Assembly (NCBI RefSeq): GCF_000143415.4
Contig: NW_003314270.1
Coordinates: 854,928-912,543, forward strand
DNA: 57,616 bases
Direction of reading: 5' to 3'
Origin: Selaginella moellendorffii
Lineage: Eukaryota; Plantae; Lycopodiophyta
Position numbers and translations under genes: made by a program. Of this stretch, positions 25,106 to 37,046 are shown one piece after another (the stretch's first letter is position 1; every line of letters starts with the position of its first letter). The notes beneath the pieces were generated by a model. The model was not told the origin of the DNA, ran no database searches, and worked only from the letters and a program-made list of their open reading frames with translations.

Positions 25106-26076
25106 ATGGAGTCTCCAAGCCATCCTGATTTCTTCGCCGAAGTCCTTGCAAAAATCCAGTCTGAGAATACCGAGCTGAAGGCGACCCTTCTTCGCATGCA
25201 GCAGGAGCTTGCTTCACTTTCGGCTCAAGGATCCAGCAAAGTTCCTGAACCGAAGGTGAGTTTCCCGGCGAAATTTTCAGGCAAGCGTTCGGAGCTTCGT
25301 GGATTTTTGAATCAAATGGAGCTGATCTTTGCACTTCAACATCGGCGGTACCCCACTCCCGAGTCTCAAATCGGCGCGATTGGGACGTTGCTCGAGGGTG
25401 CAGCTTTGTCATGGTTTTCTCCTCTTCTGGAGAAGAGCATGAAAGGGGTCGTGGTTCCGGAGCTGATGGATCTTCAATTGTTCAAAGAGAAGCTCGAAGC
25501 ATGTTTTGGCGAGACGGATCGGTTCGGGCTGCTACCACAAAGATGAGACGTCTCTCTCAGGGGTCTCGTCCTGCCTCGATCTACGCTGCAGAGTTCCAAC
25601 TCCTTGCCTTGGACACTCAGTGGGATGAGCGGGCCCTGATTGACCAATTTCGTTTCGGCCTCAACAACGGTGTCAAGGATTTGTTGCTCACCATGGAGGA
25701 TCCCAAGGACCTGTCGGACGCCATCAACATAGCTGTTCGATGTGACAATCGTCTCTTTGAACGTCGTCAGGAAAGTCGCCGCGCCGCTGTTTTTCCGTCC
25801 CAGACTCAGGAATCCCAGCTTGAGTCTTTGGGGCATAGTCCTGAACCTACTGCTCCGGTCCCGATGGATATTTCTGGTACTCCCTGACTCATTAGAGGGA
25901 AGTTGAGTCCTGCTGAGAGGCAATGTCGAATATCTCATAATCTTTGCCTCTACTGTGCTGATCCTAATCACAAAGCAGCTGTGTGTCCCAGGAAGCCTCC
26001 CCGATTGCTCGAGTTCACTCTGCCTCAAAGTCCACCACTGTTGCAGTCGGGAAACGACCCTGTCCAAACAGAGTAG
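25106..26076 (+). pseudogene. gag: Chromovirus gag (1-nt frameshift ~25520, premature TGA at 25885)
   Basis: PEPKVSFPAKFSGKRSELRGFLNQ, LLEGAALSWF, LSQGSRPASIYAAEF, PVPMDI, CCHC knuckle CLYCADPNHKAAVC; natural stop TAG at 26074-26076. Confidence 0.92.
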
Positions 26077-29000
26077 GAGCTGTCTGTTTGGACTCCCCAA
26101 ATAAAAATCACTTTTCTTCCTTATCAAGCTCCTCACCACCTTTCATCAAAGCCACCACCAATTCCCGCAACTTCCGCGTCCCATGTCTCCTTTCTTTCAC
26201 CGGACAATCAGGACTCAAGGCTTTGGCACTACTGGACTCGGGTGCAACTTCCTGCTTCATGGACACGGACTTTGCTGCCCGACATCACGTTCCTCTTTCT
26301 CCTACCATACGGGATCTGAGGGTTGAAGGCATCGGCGGGCATTTTGTGTCTCCATCTTCTGGACTTAGGGAAACGTTGCCCGTTCGAGTACACATCGGGT
26401 CCACCGTCACCGATATCGCCTTCAACATCATCAACAACAAGTCTTCCTCTGTGGTGCTCGGTCTTCCTTGGTTCCAACTACATCAGCCTCAGATTTGTTG
26501 GAAGGACTTACAGCTCATCTCTCCCACATCACCATCTCCCACGGCTTCCCCTGGTGTTCATCGAGTCCGAATCAGGAAAAGTTCCCTAAACTCAAGTCGG
26601 GGTTCTGTTCCTGACTCTACGCAGTTTTCATCCTCTTCTTTTCTCTCTCTTCCATCTTACACTGGACAGTATCCTCGTCTCATCATTCCATTTAGTCGTA
26701 TGCCTTCTCCTATCTCCACAATCACTATGAAAGAACTCCTTCATGAAGAACCTCTTTTTCTTTTTGCTTTGCATGTTTCTCCTGTCAGTCTTCCTGAGAA
26801 GTATCATGATTTTGGGGATGTGTTTGACAAGAAAAAAGCTAGTGTACTGCCTGTTCATCGGCCTTATGATTGTCCCATTGATTTACAGGAAGGAGCGTCA
26901 CCTCCGTAGGGGCCTATCTATGGGTTATCCCCATCCGAGCTTAAGGCCCTCAAAGAGTACGTGGATGAGAACCTTGCCTCGGGCTACATTCAGCATTCGC
27001 AGTCCCCGGCTGGAGCGCCTGTCTTCTTTGTCAAGAAGAAGGATGGGAGCTTGCGGCTAGTCATCGACTACCGAGGTTTGAACAAGGTGACTGTTCGGAA
27101 CCGTTATCCACTGCCCCTGATCTCGGACCTGTTGGAACGCCTCGGCGGTGCCCGCTTCTTCACCAAGATCGACCTCCGTGGAGCATACAACCTGATCCGG
27201 ATCCGGCCTGGTGATGAATGGAAGACTGCGTTCCGAACCCGCTATGGCCACTTCGAGTACACTGTCATGCCATTTGGCTTGACAAATGCTCCAGCAGTTT
27301 TCCAACACATGGCAAACGACGTTTTTCGGGAGTTTCTTGATCAGATGGTGATCGTCTACCTCGATGACATCCTCATCTACTCAAAAACTCAGGAGGAGCA
27401 TGACGAACATGTTCGCAAGGTGCTAGCGAAGCTGCGAGAACACGGCCTATACGCGAAGCTTGAGAAATGTTCCTTTGATCAGCAGTCTGTGGAGTTCCTT
27501 GGGTACATTGTCACTCCTGAAGGTATCACGATGGATCCTGCAAAAGTCAAGACTATTCTCGAATGGGAGCCTCCACAATCAATGTCAGACGTTCAGGTTT
27601 TCCTTGGCTTCGCCAACTTCTACCGCAAATTCATTGATCACTACTCTGACATTGTCCTTCCTCTCACACATCTCACTCGCAAGGATGTTCCCTTCTCTTG
27701 GTCTGCTGCTGCCCAGCAGGCTTTCGACACACTCAAGGCGGCCTTCAGTTCTGCTCCTGTCTTGATCCATGCTGATTCCTCACAACCTTTCTTCATCGAG
27801 GTTGATGCCTCCGACTTTGCCATTGGTGCTGTGCTATCTCAACTCGGAGCGGATCACGAACTTCATCCGGTCGCTTTCCATTCTCGGAAATTCCAGCCTG
27901 CGGAGATCAATTACGAAATCCACGACAAGGAGCTTCTTGCCATCGTGGATTCCTTTGGAGAGTGGCGCCGTTTCTTGGAGGGGGCGAGCCATCAAACAAC
28001 AGTCTGGACGGATCACAAAAATCTCGAGTACTTTGCCACTTCCCGAGTTTTAAGCCGTCGTCAAGCAAGGTGGGCACAATTCCTGAGTCGGTTTGACTTT
28101 GTTATCAAGTACAGACCTGGAAAGTTTCAAGGCCTTCCTGATGCTCTTTCAAGGCGCTCCTATCTCAGTCTCAGGCCTGGTAATCCTGCCTTCGATCAAC
28201 AGGATCAAGTTATCCTCGGTCCTGATCGGCTTCAAGTTATGGCAATTTCCCTGGCCCCTCAGGACTCCTCCTTGATGGATGCAATCAGAAACGATCTTCA
28301 ATCCGATGATCTCGCTAGCGACATTTTTCCCCATCTTCAGGCTGGACACCCAGTGACTCCCGACTGCCGGCGATTTGACGAGTTCGAGTTCTTAGATGGC
28401 TTATTGTATCGTGGGGAGCAGCTTTACGTTCCTGAAGGTGATGCTCGAAGGTTGATCCTGATGGCGTGCCACGATAGCCCGACTGCTGGTCACTTCGGCA
28501 TTGCAAAAACCTATGAGCTAGTTGCACGGGACTTTTGGTGGCCTCACATGGACGACTACATCAAAGCTTTTGTTACCTCTTGTGACACTTGTGCCCGGAA
28601 TAAGGTACCTCGCCACCTTCCTTCAGGTTTGCTTCGTTCCCTTCCGGTCCCTTCAGGTCCTTGGGAATCCATCTCCATGGATTTCTTGAGTGATCTTCCG
28701 AGTTCTGGAGGCTTCAACAGCATTTTAGTCGTGGTGGATCGCTTCACAAAGATGGCGCACTTCTTGCCATGTACCAAGGAGTTTTCGGGCGAGGACATGG
28801 CAAAACTGGTATTCAGGGAAATTTTCCGACTTCATGGGATTCCTACAGATGTGGTTTCGGATCGGGGGCCTCAGTTCATCTCTCATTTCTGCCAATGGTT
28901 TTTGCAGTTTCTTGGAGTGAAGGCCAACCTCTCTTCGGCATATCATCCTCAAACTGATGGGTAGTCCGAGCGAACGATTCAGACATTGGAACAATTCTTG

Positions 29001-29819
29001 AGGTGCTTCATCAACTATCATCAGGATAACTGGTTCGATATCCTTCCCCTTGCTGAGTTCTCCTATAACAACTCTGTTCACTCTCTTCGAGTTTCCCCCT
29101 TCTTTGCGAACTCTGGCCGAAATCCCCGATTCAATCTCTCACTTCCTTCTCCATCTGAATCCTCTCGTTCAAATCCCCGCTCTGAATCATTTCTCTCCAA
29201 CCTTCAGGAAATCCACAACTCCATCTCCTTCCACCTCCATCGTGCTCAGGAATCTCATAAAACATTTGCCAATGTCCATCGTCAGGATTGTCCCCCTTAC
29301 AATATCGGGGATAAAGTCTGGCTCCTCAGGCGAAATATCTCCACCACCAGGCCCTGTCCAAAACTCGATTTCAAACGCCTTGGTCCTTTCCCTATCACTG
29401 CCATCATTAATCCTGTCACTTATCGCCTTGCACTTCCCTCCTCATATCAAATTCACCCCGTTTTTCACTCCTCTCTCCTTGAGCCTTATGTTCCCAGTCC
29501 TATTTCAAATCGGGTCATTCCTCCGCCTCCACCAGTGCAGCTCGAGGATGGGTCTGAGTACGAGGTTTAGGACATCCTTGATTCCAAGATTTCACGATCT
29601 AAACTCTACTATCTGGTGGACTGGAAGGGTTACGGACCTGAGGAACGCACTTGGGAACCTGCGGACAACCTGATTCATTCTCCTGACCTTGTTCAGGACT
29701 TCCACCGCCGCTATCCTTCTCGTCCCAGTCCTCATTCTTTTTCTCCATCTCCCATCCCTCGCCGCTCATCTCATCCTCCTCTTCGTTCTCATTCACATCC
29801 TCGTTCCACTCGTTCTTGA
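26052..29819 (+). pseudogene. pol: Chromovirus pol (PR-RT-RH-IN-chromodomain) in the -1 frame; in-frame stops at 26907, 28962, 29568
   Basis: ALLDSGATSCF protease, YLDD RT, DASDFAIG/DKELLAI RNase H, HHCC and D,D(35)E integrase, LGPF motif, chromodomain EYEV.DILDS...YLVDWKGYGPEERTWEP. Confidence 0.95.
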
Positions 29820-29830
29820 GGAGGGGGTGC

Positions 29831-30217
29831 TGTCAGGAATCCCCCAATTCTTGCCACATTCCTGACTCTCGCCGGATTCCTGACCTGCAGACCACATTCC
29901 TGACTCTCGAGACACTTCTCTATTCCTGACTCTCGAGACACTTCCCTATTCCTGACTCTCGAGACACTTCCCGATTCCTGAGTCTCGAGCCACATTCCTG
30001 ATGATGATGTGGCGCCTCCTCGACCTCAGCTGTATTTAGGCTGTCCTCGATCCAAGAGTGGTGGAGCTTCATCAACCTATAGTATATATAGGTTAGCCTT
30101 GTTCCATTTCTCCACAATCTGAATTAACACCAGTCTAAGGCCTCTTCTTTGTTTTCACTAGCTTTTTCTCTTTGTCTTTAGCATTTTCCAGTCTTGATCT
30201 TGTTGGGGGTCTTGACA
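29831..30217 (+). repeat. 3' LTR of the chromovirus
   Basis: Near-identical to 24622-25008. Confidence 0.97.
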
Positions 30218-32682
30218 AAACCTCTCTCTGATACCAAATGTAAACTCTTGAGTTTGGACTTCCCGGAAGTGTAGGGTTATGATATATACTAACATTAATA
30301 TAATGGATTTTGATAGCTATCAAATTGGTTTCAATCCAAACCACACATTTCTGTATATAATCTAGGGTTTTTGGGCTAATTTATATACATATTTTTGTAT
30401 TTCATTTTTATATTCTATATACTCACATTAGTGGAGGTGGGGGGCCACTTTAATTATCTTTATAGATTTGGGATTTTGGTTCAAATTTAGCTTTTGCATT
30501 GTATAAATCTCACTTTCCATATAATTTTTTCATTTTTTTTTTTTGTTTTTTCATTTTTTTTCATTTTCATGGTAGAGTAGCAACTTCCTCCTCCTTTGAC
30601 TCTAGAGCAACAATTGGTGTAATTGTTTAATGTTATATAATTGCATTTGAACAATTAAACTTAGTTGATAGTGGCATTTATGGCATTTGATATAGCTCCT
30701 TTTGCTCTTATTGTCAATCCTCACATTTGGCTGAAGTTTTTTTATGAGAATCTTAAGGGTGATGTGTACCATTGGCTTAATCATTATATAGTGATTGTCA
30801 CATATCATTCTTGGGATGATGCTTGACATTTGTATGAGTTTCCCACATGTTTCTAAGGGATGACACTACAGTGGTATAATGGTTTGAGTGCAACCACTAA
30901 TATAGTTTGGAGCATTTTCTCGAACATCTTAAAACACACATTTAAACATGCTAATGATTGTGGTGATGCCTTTTAATAATTCAATCATCTTTGTTAAGAG
31001 CTACATAAGTTAGTGTTGCAATTTGATATTCATTTCCGGAGCCTCTTGTTTCGTGTAGAGTCAAATATATCAGAGTGGATCAAGTTGAAAATGTTGTAGC
31101 TCACACTTCGTCAAGATCTTATAGGACTTCTATATGCACTTGCTCTAACCATCCTTAATGATACTCTTCACTTGACATAATGTTAGGAAATATTGCATCT
31201 TCCACTTCTTGCTATATATCTTTCAATTTTACTTCTTGTGGGAAATGATTCTATTTTAATGAAAGTTGATGTTGCTGCTATCTGAATTCAAGGACAAAGG
31301 TGAGAATGTGGTCATGGCCATGATGTTTGTTGGTAAACGTGTGATGAAGCTGGTCACATTTATTAGCGTTGTCAACATTTTCCAAATTGGTGACTTCTAT
31401 TTCTTGGGTGGAGACCTTGGTGTCAATAACGTTCTATTGGTGCTATTGTAATAGAAGGTCTAGACTCCAAAAAGCTTTCAAGAAATAAGGAGTCATATGA
31501 GTAGTGGAGGGTCCTTACCTGAATAAATCAATGATCCCTTCATTTTTCTTTTGGGAGTATAATTCATCTAATATTTACTTTCCAAGCTCATTTTTATAAC
31601 AAGAAGTCTATTATTATTCTCTCCATATTAATTGATATAGGCTCAAGTTTATCTTTTATTGCTCGGCTTATTGCTATACATTGCCATCTACATTTGCATT
31701 GTGTAGTAGAACCAGCTTTCATTCTATATAGCAACAGCTATACATATGCATGTACATAGGATGAGGTGAATTTAATTGTGCATGTGGGTAATCTCAAGCT
31801 TGAGCTGCAATTATTGCAAGTGGTGCTAAGTCAAGCTTTAGACCTCATCTACAACTAGTAGAGGTGAACTACTCCATGATAAAGAAAGAGTGTTTAGCAG
31901 CAATTTAGGGTTTCGAGAAACTTTATGCAATTCTCAAACATTACTAAAAGGTGATCATGCTATAGTTACCATGATTCTCCTATTCTAGGTGGGTATATAA
32001 GATATCATTGTGTGACTAAAAAACTATGCAGGTTTTTTTAATAGCCAAAGATGCAATATAATGTTATTTGGTATGTGCATAGTTGCATTTGGTGCCAAGC
32101 TCATAATACTCCTCCTCATGCTACAAAAGTACTATTAGAGTTAATTGCAATTTCTTGTCCATGTGAGTTAGTGGCATTTTATTTGATGGTTATGGTAGAT
32201 TATTAGCAATAAATATATCATTATTGCTTCTAACTACTTAACTCACTAAATAGAAGTTGGTACTCTTGCTAGTGCCTTTACTATTAGATTACTGTTGGAT
32301 ACTTCCTTCTCAATTAAGTAGCAATTCTATTTAGAGTGAATTCTTTCGGATAATGGCATCACATGTATGGCTGAAGCATTTCATGTTTTAACATCTCGAT
32401 TGAGGATATGCCACATACAAGTATTTATTATACACAGTCAAATGGTTTGGTGGAAGGGCTCATTTAAACCTTCAAAAGGATGATCGTGAATTATATGAAC
32501 TTTAAGCATTTAGATTATGATGGTTATTTGCTATCTCTTTGGTATATATATATATATCATAGAGGTGCAAAGTTCTATTGGTGCTTCATCATATAAACTC
32601 CTATTTTATTAATTGAGCTTACCTCTGTGATTGCCATGAGCTGTTGATACTAAGTCTTGGGATCAATATTTAACAAGCATTT

Positions 32683-33024
32683 TGTAAGTTTTTGAATTTA
32701 GACTTCTTGGGAGGTCACCCAACCTAGTATTATTCACTTAACCTTAAGTATTCTAAAACCCTTAACTAATTGAAAAAGGGGGTGCACTCTTTTTCATGGG
32801 CCCTTTCCCTTTATATTTAAACCCTTATAGATCATTTATCAAGTTATTCCCTTTAGTTGGTTACAATCCACCACCCTTCCCTGCAAGTTCACACCCTTGT
32901 GAATGAAAGCTGAAAGTCACATCTCTCCTAAGAGCCTCGCTCTTTTGACACCCTACCCCTACTCGGGTTAAGCCCATCAATCCTTATAAATTGTTTTTTA
33001 AGTAATTCATTTTGGTTGTTTACA
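32683..33024 (-). mobile_element. Second Cassandra-type TRIM (internally deleted) inserted in the integrase remnant of the old family A copy
   Basis: TGTAAG...TTTACA termini, 5S-like core, interior matches 24431-24538. TSD CATTT/CATTC matches the uninterrupted CATTC in the young copy (~11801). Confidence 0.82.
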
Positions 33025-34241
33025 CATTCTTTTACTGATTTGAGCAGAGTTTGCCGAATATTTAAATTGTATTCAAGTGGGACAACAAAGGCATTACAAC
33101 TCCCACCATCATCCATATGTGAAGTACAAAATGGATGACTTAGTGTTAGTTCATTTTCTCAATTTTACAATATGTGGTTTATCTAAGGGTTTCTTACTCT
33201 ATGGAAAGGATCGTATTGAGGGTTGTGGCAAGTTAGATCACAAGTTTATGAGGTTTGACATAATGTTTAATAGACTAATCCTCTAAAAATTGTGCATGTG
33301 CAACAATTGAAATGATTCATATAAAGGGATTAGCAACAATTGACATCATCTACAAATCTACTGATGCCTCCTTTTGATATTCCTCCAGATATCAACCCAT
33401 TTATTAAAGAACCTTGATTGTCTTCCATCCATCTAAGAGGAGGGGATTATTATGGCTATGATATTGTATATTAATATTAGTTTAGTGAAACTTTAATAGG
33501 CATTAGATTGGTTTTAATCTGGACCACTCACTTCTATATAAATTAGAGTGTTTGGATTAATTGATATGCATATTTTTATATTCTATTTCTATATTCCATA
33601 CACTCATATGGCTATATTTCATCCTTTTTATACAATTTTATAGTTGAAACATTAAAATAAGATATACTAAAATATTATGAAAAAAAAATTGTATAGAAAT
33701 ACTCTATTTCTATTTTAGTTAGAATAAATTTATAATAATTTTTAATTATAATTTAACATTCTCCCTAAATTATTTACACCAGATTATCTAGTGTTTCATT
33801 TATTATTTAAACCAATGTTTTACGTTAGGAAAAAAATTATAATAATTTTTATTCAATTTCTATATAATTTAATATTACAGATTGGGTTTTGTAGTTAATG
33901 TTTTTTACAGTATATGCCAAGGTAATAAGCTCCAAACAACTTGTTGACAAACAACCTATTGGCTCTTACATTTAAAACTGAAGTATTTTTGTCTGTAACA
34001 AGACTAGCCAAAACTATCTAGATTGTGAGAAGGGCCAAAAGAACTGGCACAGTGCTACCATGTAAAACAGTGCCTAACAAAGATCAAGTAGAAAGCACAA
34101 ACAAAGTGACAAGAAACAGTGCTTCACTCCAAACGTTTGTGCTGGTTGCTACTCGAAATGGCTCCGTCGATCCCACTCCATCTCATCCAGCACATATAAA
34201 AGCCTGTTTCGCGAGCATGGAGCTCATCGAGAAGAACCACA

Positions 34242-36766
34242 ATGAAGAACACTACGCGTGTTCATGTTGTAGTTCAACTCGTATTCATCTTCGTTTTTGC
34301 GGGATGGATCTTCAACTGGATCATGCTGCCAACGCAAGCTTGGTATAAGTTCTGGGGTCTCATTCTTGACAAGAACGACTCCAGGGCCTATGGAGAATCC
34401 GGTAATCATCAGTAAAGTTCTCATTTTGTATAATGCAAAAACTTACATTTGCCATTCTTATCACAGCATCGTATGCGATCCTCTACGTTGTGCCTGTGAT
34501 TTTCATAGCTTTCTTCGGCAGCATCTACATGAAATACATCAAGATGTTAAGGTAAAGCCTTGAAACATTAACTTACTTGTCATCTCCGGGAATGCTTTCA
34601 GGCTGCCAGACTCCATACGCAACGCTTGGTCTCGTCCAGCACTGATCAAAGCGCCAATACTCTCGCTCATTTCTGGAGTAGAGCTCTTTGTTCTAGCGGC
34701 ATTCGTACTCCTGTGTGCATGGTCGACATGGCGGCCGATAAAAACTTTGCTGGACAAGATCCATGATCCTGGACAGCAGTGGATTGAAGGATCCCTGTAA
34801 GATCACGATGACAACTTCACAAAGTCAAGTTTTTGATCGAAATACCTTCGGTTTTTTTTTTCTTTATAGGTGGCTCAGAAGATGTGAAATCATTGGATAC
34901 GAGCTTGGTTATGCTGGACTCGTCCCGTTCGCTTTCCTGTTCTTCCCAGTCGCAAGAACCTCCTCAATTCTCCACTTGGTGAACATTCCTTTCGAGCATT
35001 CCGTCAAGTACCACATCTGGGTAGCAAACATTACTTTGGTTCTCTGGACGGGTCACTCCGTTGCTTATCTCATTCTCTGGATTCGTGCAAAAGAAACAAG
35101 CAAGGTTGGCAACTTATAAGTTCTCGTCAAAATAAGCATACCTCTGACGAGCTCGCATGGTTTTTGGTTTTTACTCTTCAAGTTTATCAACCAAGGTGGA
35201 AGGTTCGACCTCGCTGGAATCGGAGCCTCGGTGGCCTTCGCCACAAGCCTTATCATGTGGATCACTGCAATAAAACCCGTGAGAAATCGCAAATTCGAGA
35301 TGTTCTTCTACACGCACCAGCTCTACATCGTCTTCATCTTTAGCTTCGCCGTCCACGCTGGAGATCGAGGCCTGGAGACAATAGCGGCTGGTATGGTCCT
35401 GTTCTTCGTTGATAGACTCCTCAGGTACCTCCAGTCGCGGAGGCATGTTGATATGGTTTCTGCAAAGCTAATATCCTCGGACATGATGGAGCTAGCCTTT
35501 GCAAAAGATCCAAGTAAGAATAGAGAAAAGAAAAGGAAAGTTATCATGCCAAAAATCATTGCTTTACCAGGTTTGCGATATCCAGCCTCGAGCATTATGT
35601 TTCTCAACATCCCAGCAGTGTCTAAGCTCCAGTGGCATCCTTTCACAGTGACCACCAACTCAAACGTGGACGACTACAAGATCTCCGTGGTCATCAAATC
35701 CAAAGGATCCTGGACAAAGAAACTCAGGAACTACGTGACCAACCCCAAGAACTATCACGTCGACGCGATCATCGAAGGCCCCTATGGACACAGCTTAGAC
35801 TACCTGATCGAGTAAGTACCAAAAAAAAAAAAAAAAAAAAGCGTCAAAAACTCACCTCGGTTCTTCTTCTAGCTACTCAATCCTGGTGTTCGTCGCTGGA
35901 GGCAGTGGGATCACACCCTTCATCCCAATTCTCAAGGAGGTGTTCTTCCAGATCCAAACCGGCCAGAGACCACTTCCGGAAAAGATCGAGCTCATCTGGA
36001 CTTTACGAAACTCGGACGAGCTCAGTGTTTTAGAATCAGTGTCACCCTGGTCGATCTGTCCAGACTTTTCCTATCTGCTCAATCTCCAAATCCACGCATA
36101 CCTCACAAGACAAGACGCCACGGACCTCAAGAACAAGCCATCCAACTCTCACGAGACAATCCTCTTCACAGGAACGCAATACGAGAAGTACCTCACGCAC
36201 AAGAAACCAAAGTTTAAGGCAGTCACAGGCACGCAAAGCTACGCTCTCCACGCAGCAGTGATCCTGGCAAGTTTCGGAGGATACTTACTTCTCTCGGGAG
36301 TGATCCGGCGATTCATCGTGTTCCCGCTGGATCACAACGTCTATCACATCTACAACAAGCCTTCCGCGGGGACGATCGCGCTGCTCGAGTACTTGGCGGC
36401 GGTGGTGGTGTTTGGAGGGAGCACGGCGGTGGCGTGGACGTGGTGGAAGGAGAGGAGGATTGGAGCGGTGATGGGGATGAAAATGGAGCTCCCATTCGTG
36501 GTGGAGGAGGATCCAGTGATGCTCACGGATGTGCATTTTGGATGCCGGCCAGACTATCCAGGTGAGTGGAAGAATTTCTTCTCGATTGATCACTTACGAG
36601 AGGAATTTGTGGGATTCCAGAGATCTTCTTCGAGCACGCGAGGAGGCGGAGGAAGGGCGTGAGCGTCGGCGTGATGGCTTGCGGGCCGCAGCAGCTCCAA
36701 GAGAGCGTGGCCGCGGAGTGTAAGGCGCATTCCCTGGGCTTCCATCCCCTAAATTTCGAGCTTTAG
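34242..36766 (+). CDS. FRO: Ferric reduction oxidase (multi-exon)
   Basis: N-terminal GWIFNWIMLPT, FLFFPVARTSSIL, VKYHIW..H, FFYTHQLY, FAD motif QWHPFT, NADPH motifs EGPYG and VAGGSGITPF, C-terminal GVMACGP...FHPLNFEL*. Start codon inferred. Confidence 0.92.
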
Positions 36767-37046
36767 CGAAGAACCCTAAAATCTCTTCACATTTTTAACC
36801 TAATAAAAGCCTTTAGTTTTACTAAAGGCCCGCCGAACCAAAAGATTTCTCCGAGCCGGTGCCGAGCCTGTTTAGCTTGCTGCGACTTTCGCGTAGAAGA
36901 CCTTCGCTTGCTTATTTGCCATTCTACCACAAATCGATATTTTTTCTCGTAGCTCCACTCTGCTCAAAACTTTCATGCTTCATCTATCAAAAAAAGAGAA
37001 CTTGTTAGAACTCTAGCAAGAACACTTGGAAGAACTTTAAACTTGC

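Larger units (their letters stand above)
24622..30217 (+). mobile_element. Young full-length chromodomain Ty3/gypsy (chromovirus, probably Tcn1/Tf1-sushi-like)
   Basis: 387-bp LTRs (24622-25008, 29831-30217) differing at 3 positions. Perfect TSD AAACC, PPT 29818-29830, domain order gag-PR-RT-RH-IN-chromodomain. Confidence 0.97.
24231..30265 (-). mobile_element. Cassandra-type TRIM (5S-rRNA-derived LTR): intact LTR 24231-24430, ~207-bp non-coding interior split by the chromovirus, truncated second LTR 30239-30265
   Basis: Minus strand 24309-24249 reads GGTTAAGTGTCCTTGGGTTTGAATAGTACTGGGCTGGGCTGGGTGACCTCTCGGGAAGTCC, matching the A-box/IE/C-box part of plant 5S rRNA. iMet PBS TGGTATCAGAG at 30236-30226; purine-rich PPT next to 24430. 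Confidence 0.88.
24219..33608 (+). mobile_element. Old, eroded, internally deleted copy of family A gypsy hosting nested insertions
   Basis: 5' LTR split as 24219-24230 (tgtgaggtccaa) plus ~30267-30427. PBS at 30429. gag/PR/IN remnants colinear with 7802-12194. PPT ~33435-33449, 3' LTR ~33450-33608, flanking (a)tggc repeat. Confidence 0.85.

Noticed and set aside
26907-29570. Programmed readthrough or RNA editing of the three TAG stops in pol
   Set aside because: The stops fall inside conserved motifs (PP[W]GPIY, DG[Q]SER, EV[Q]DIL) and are simple transitions. The element also has a gag frameshift, so decay is the simpler explanation.
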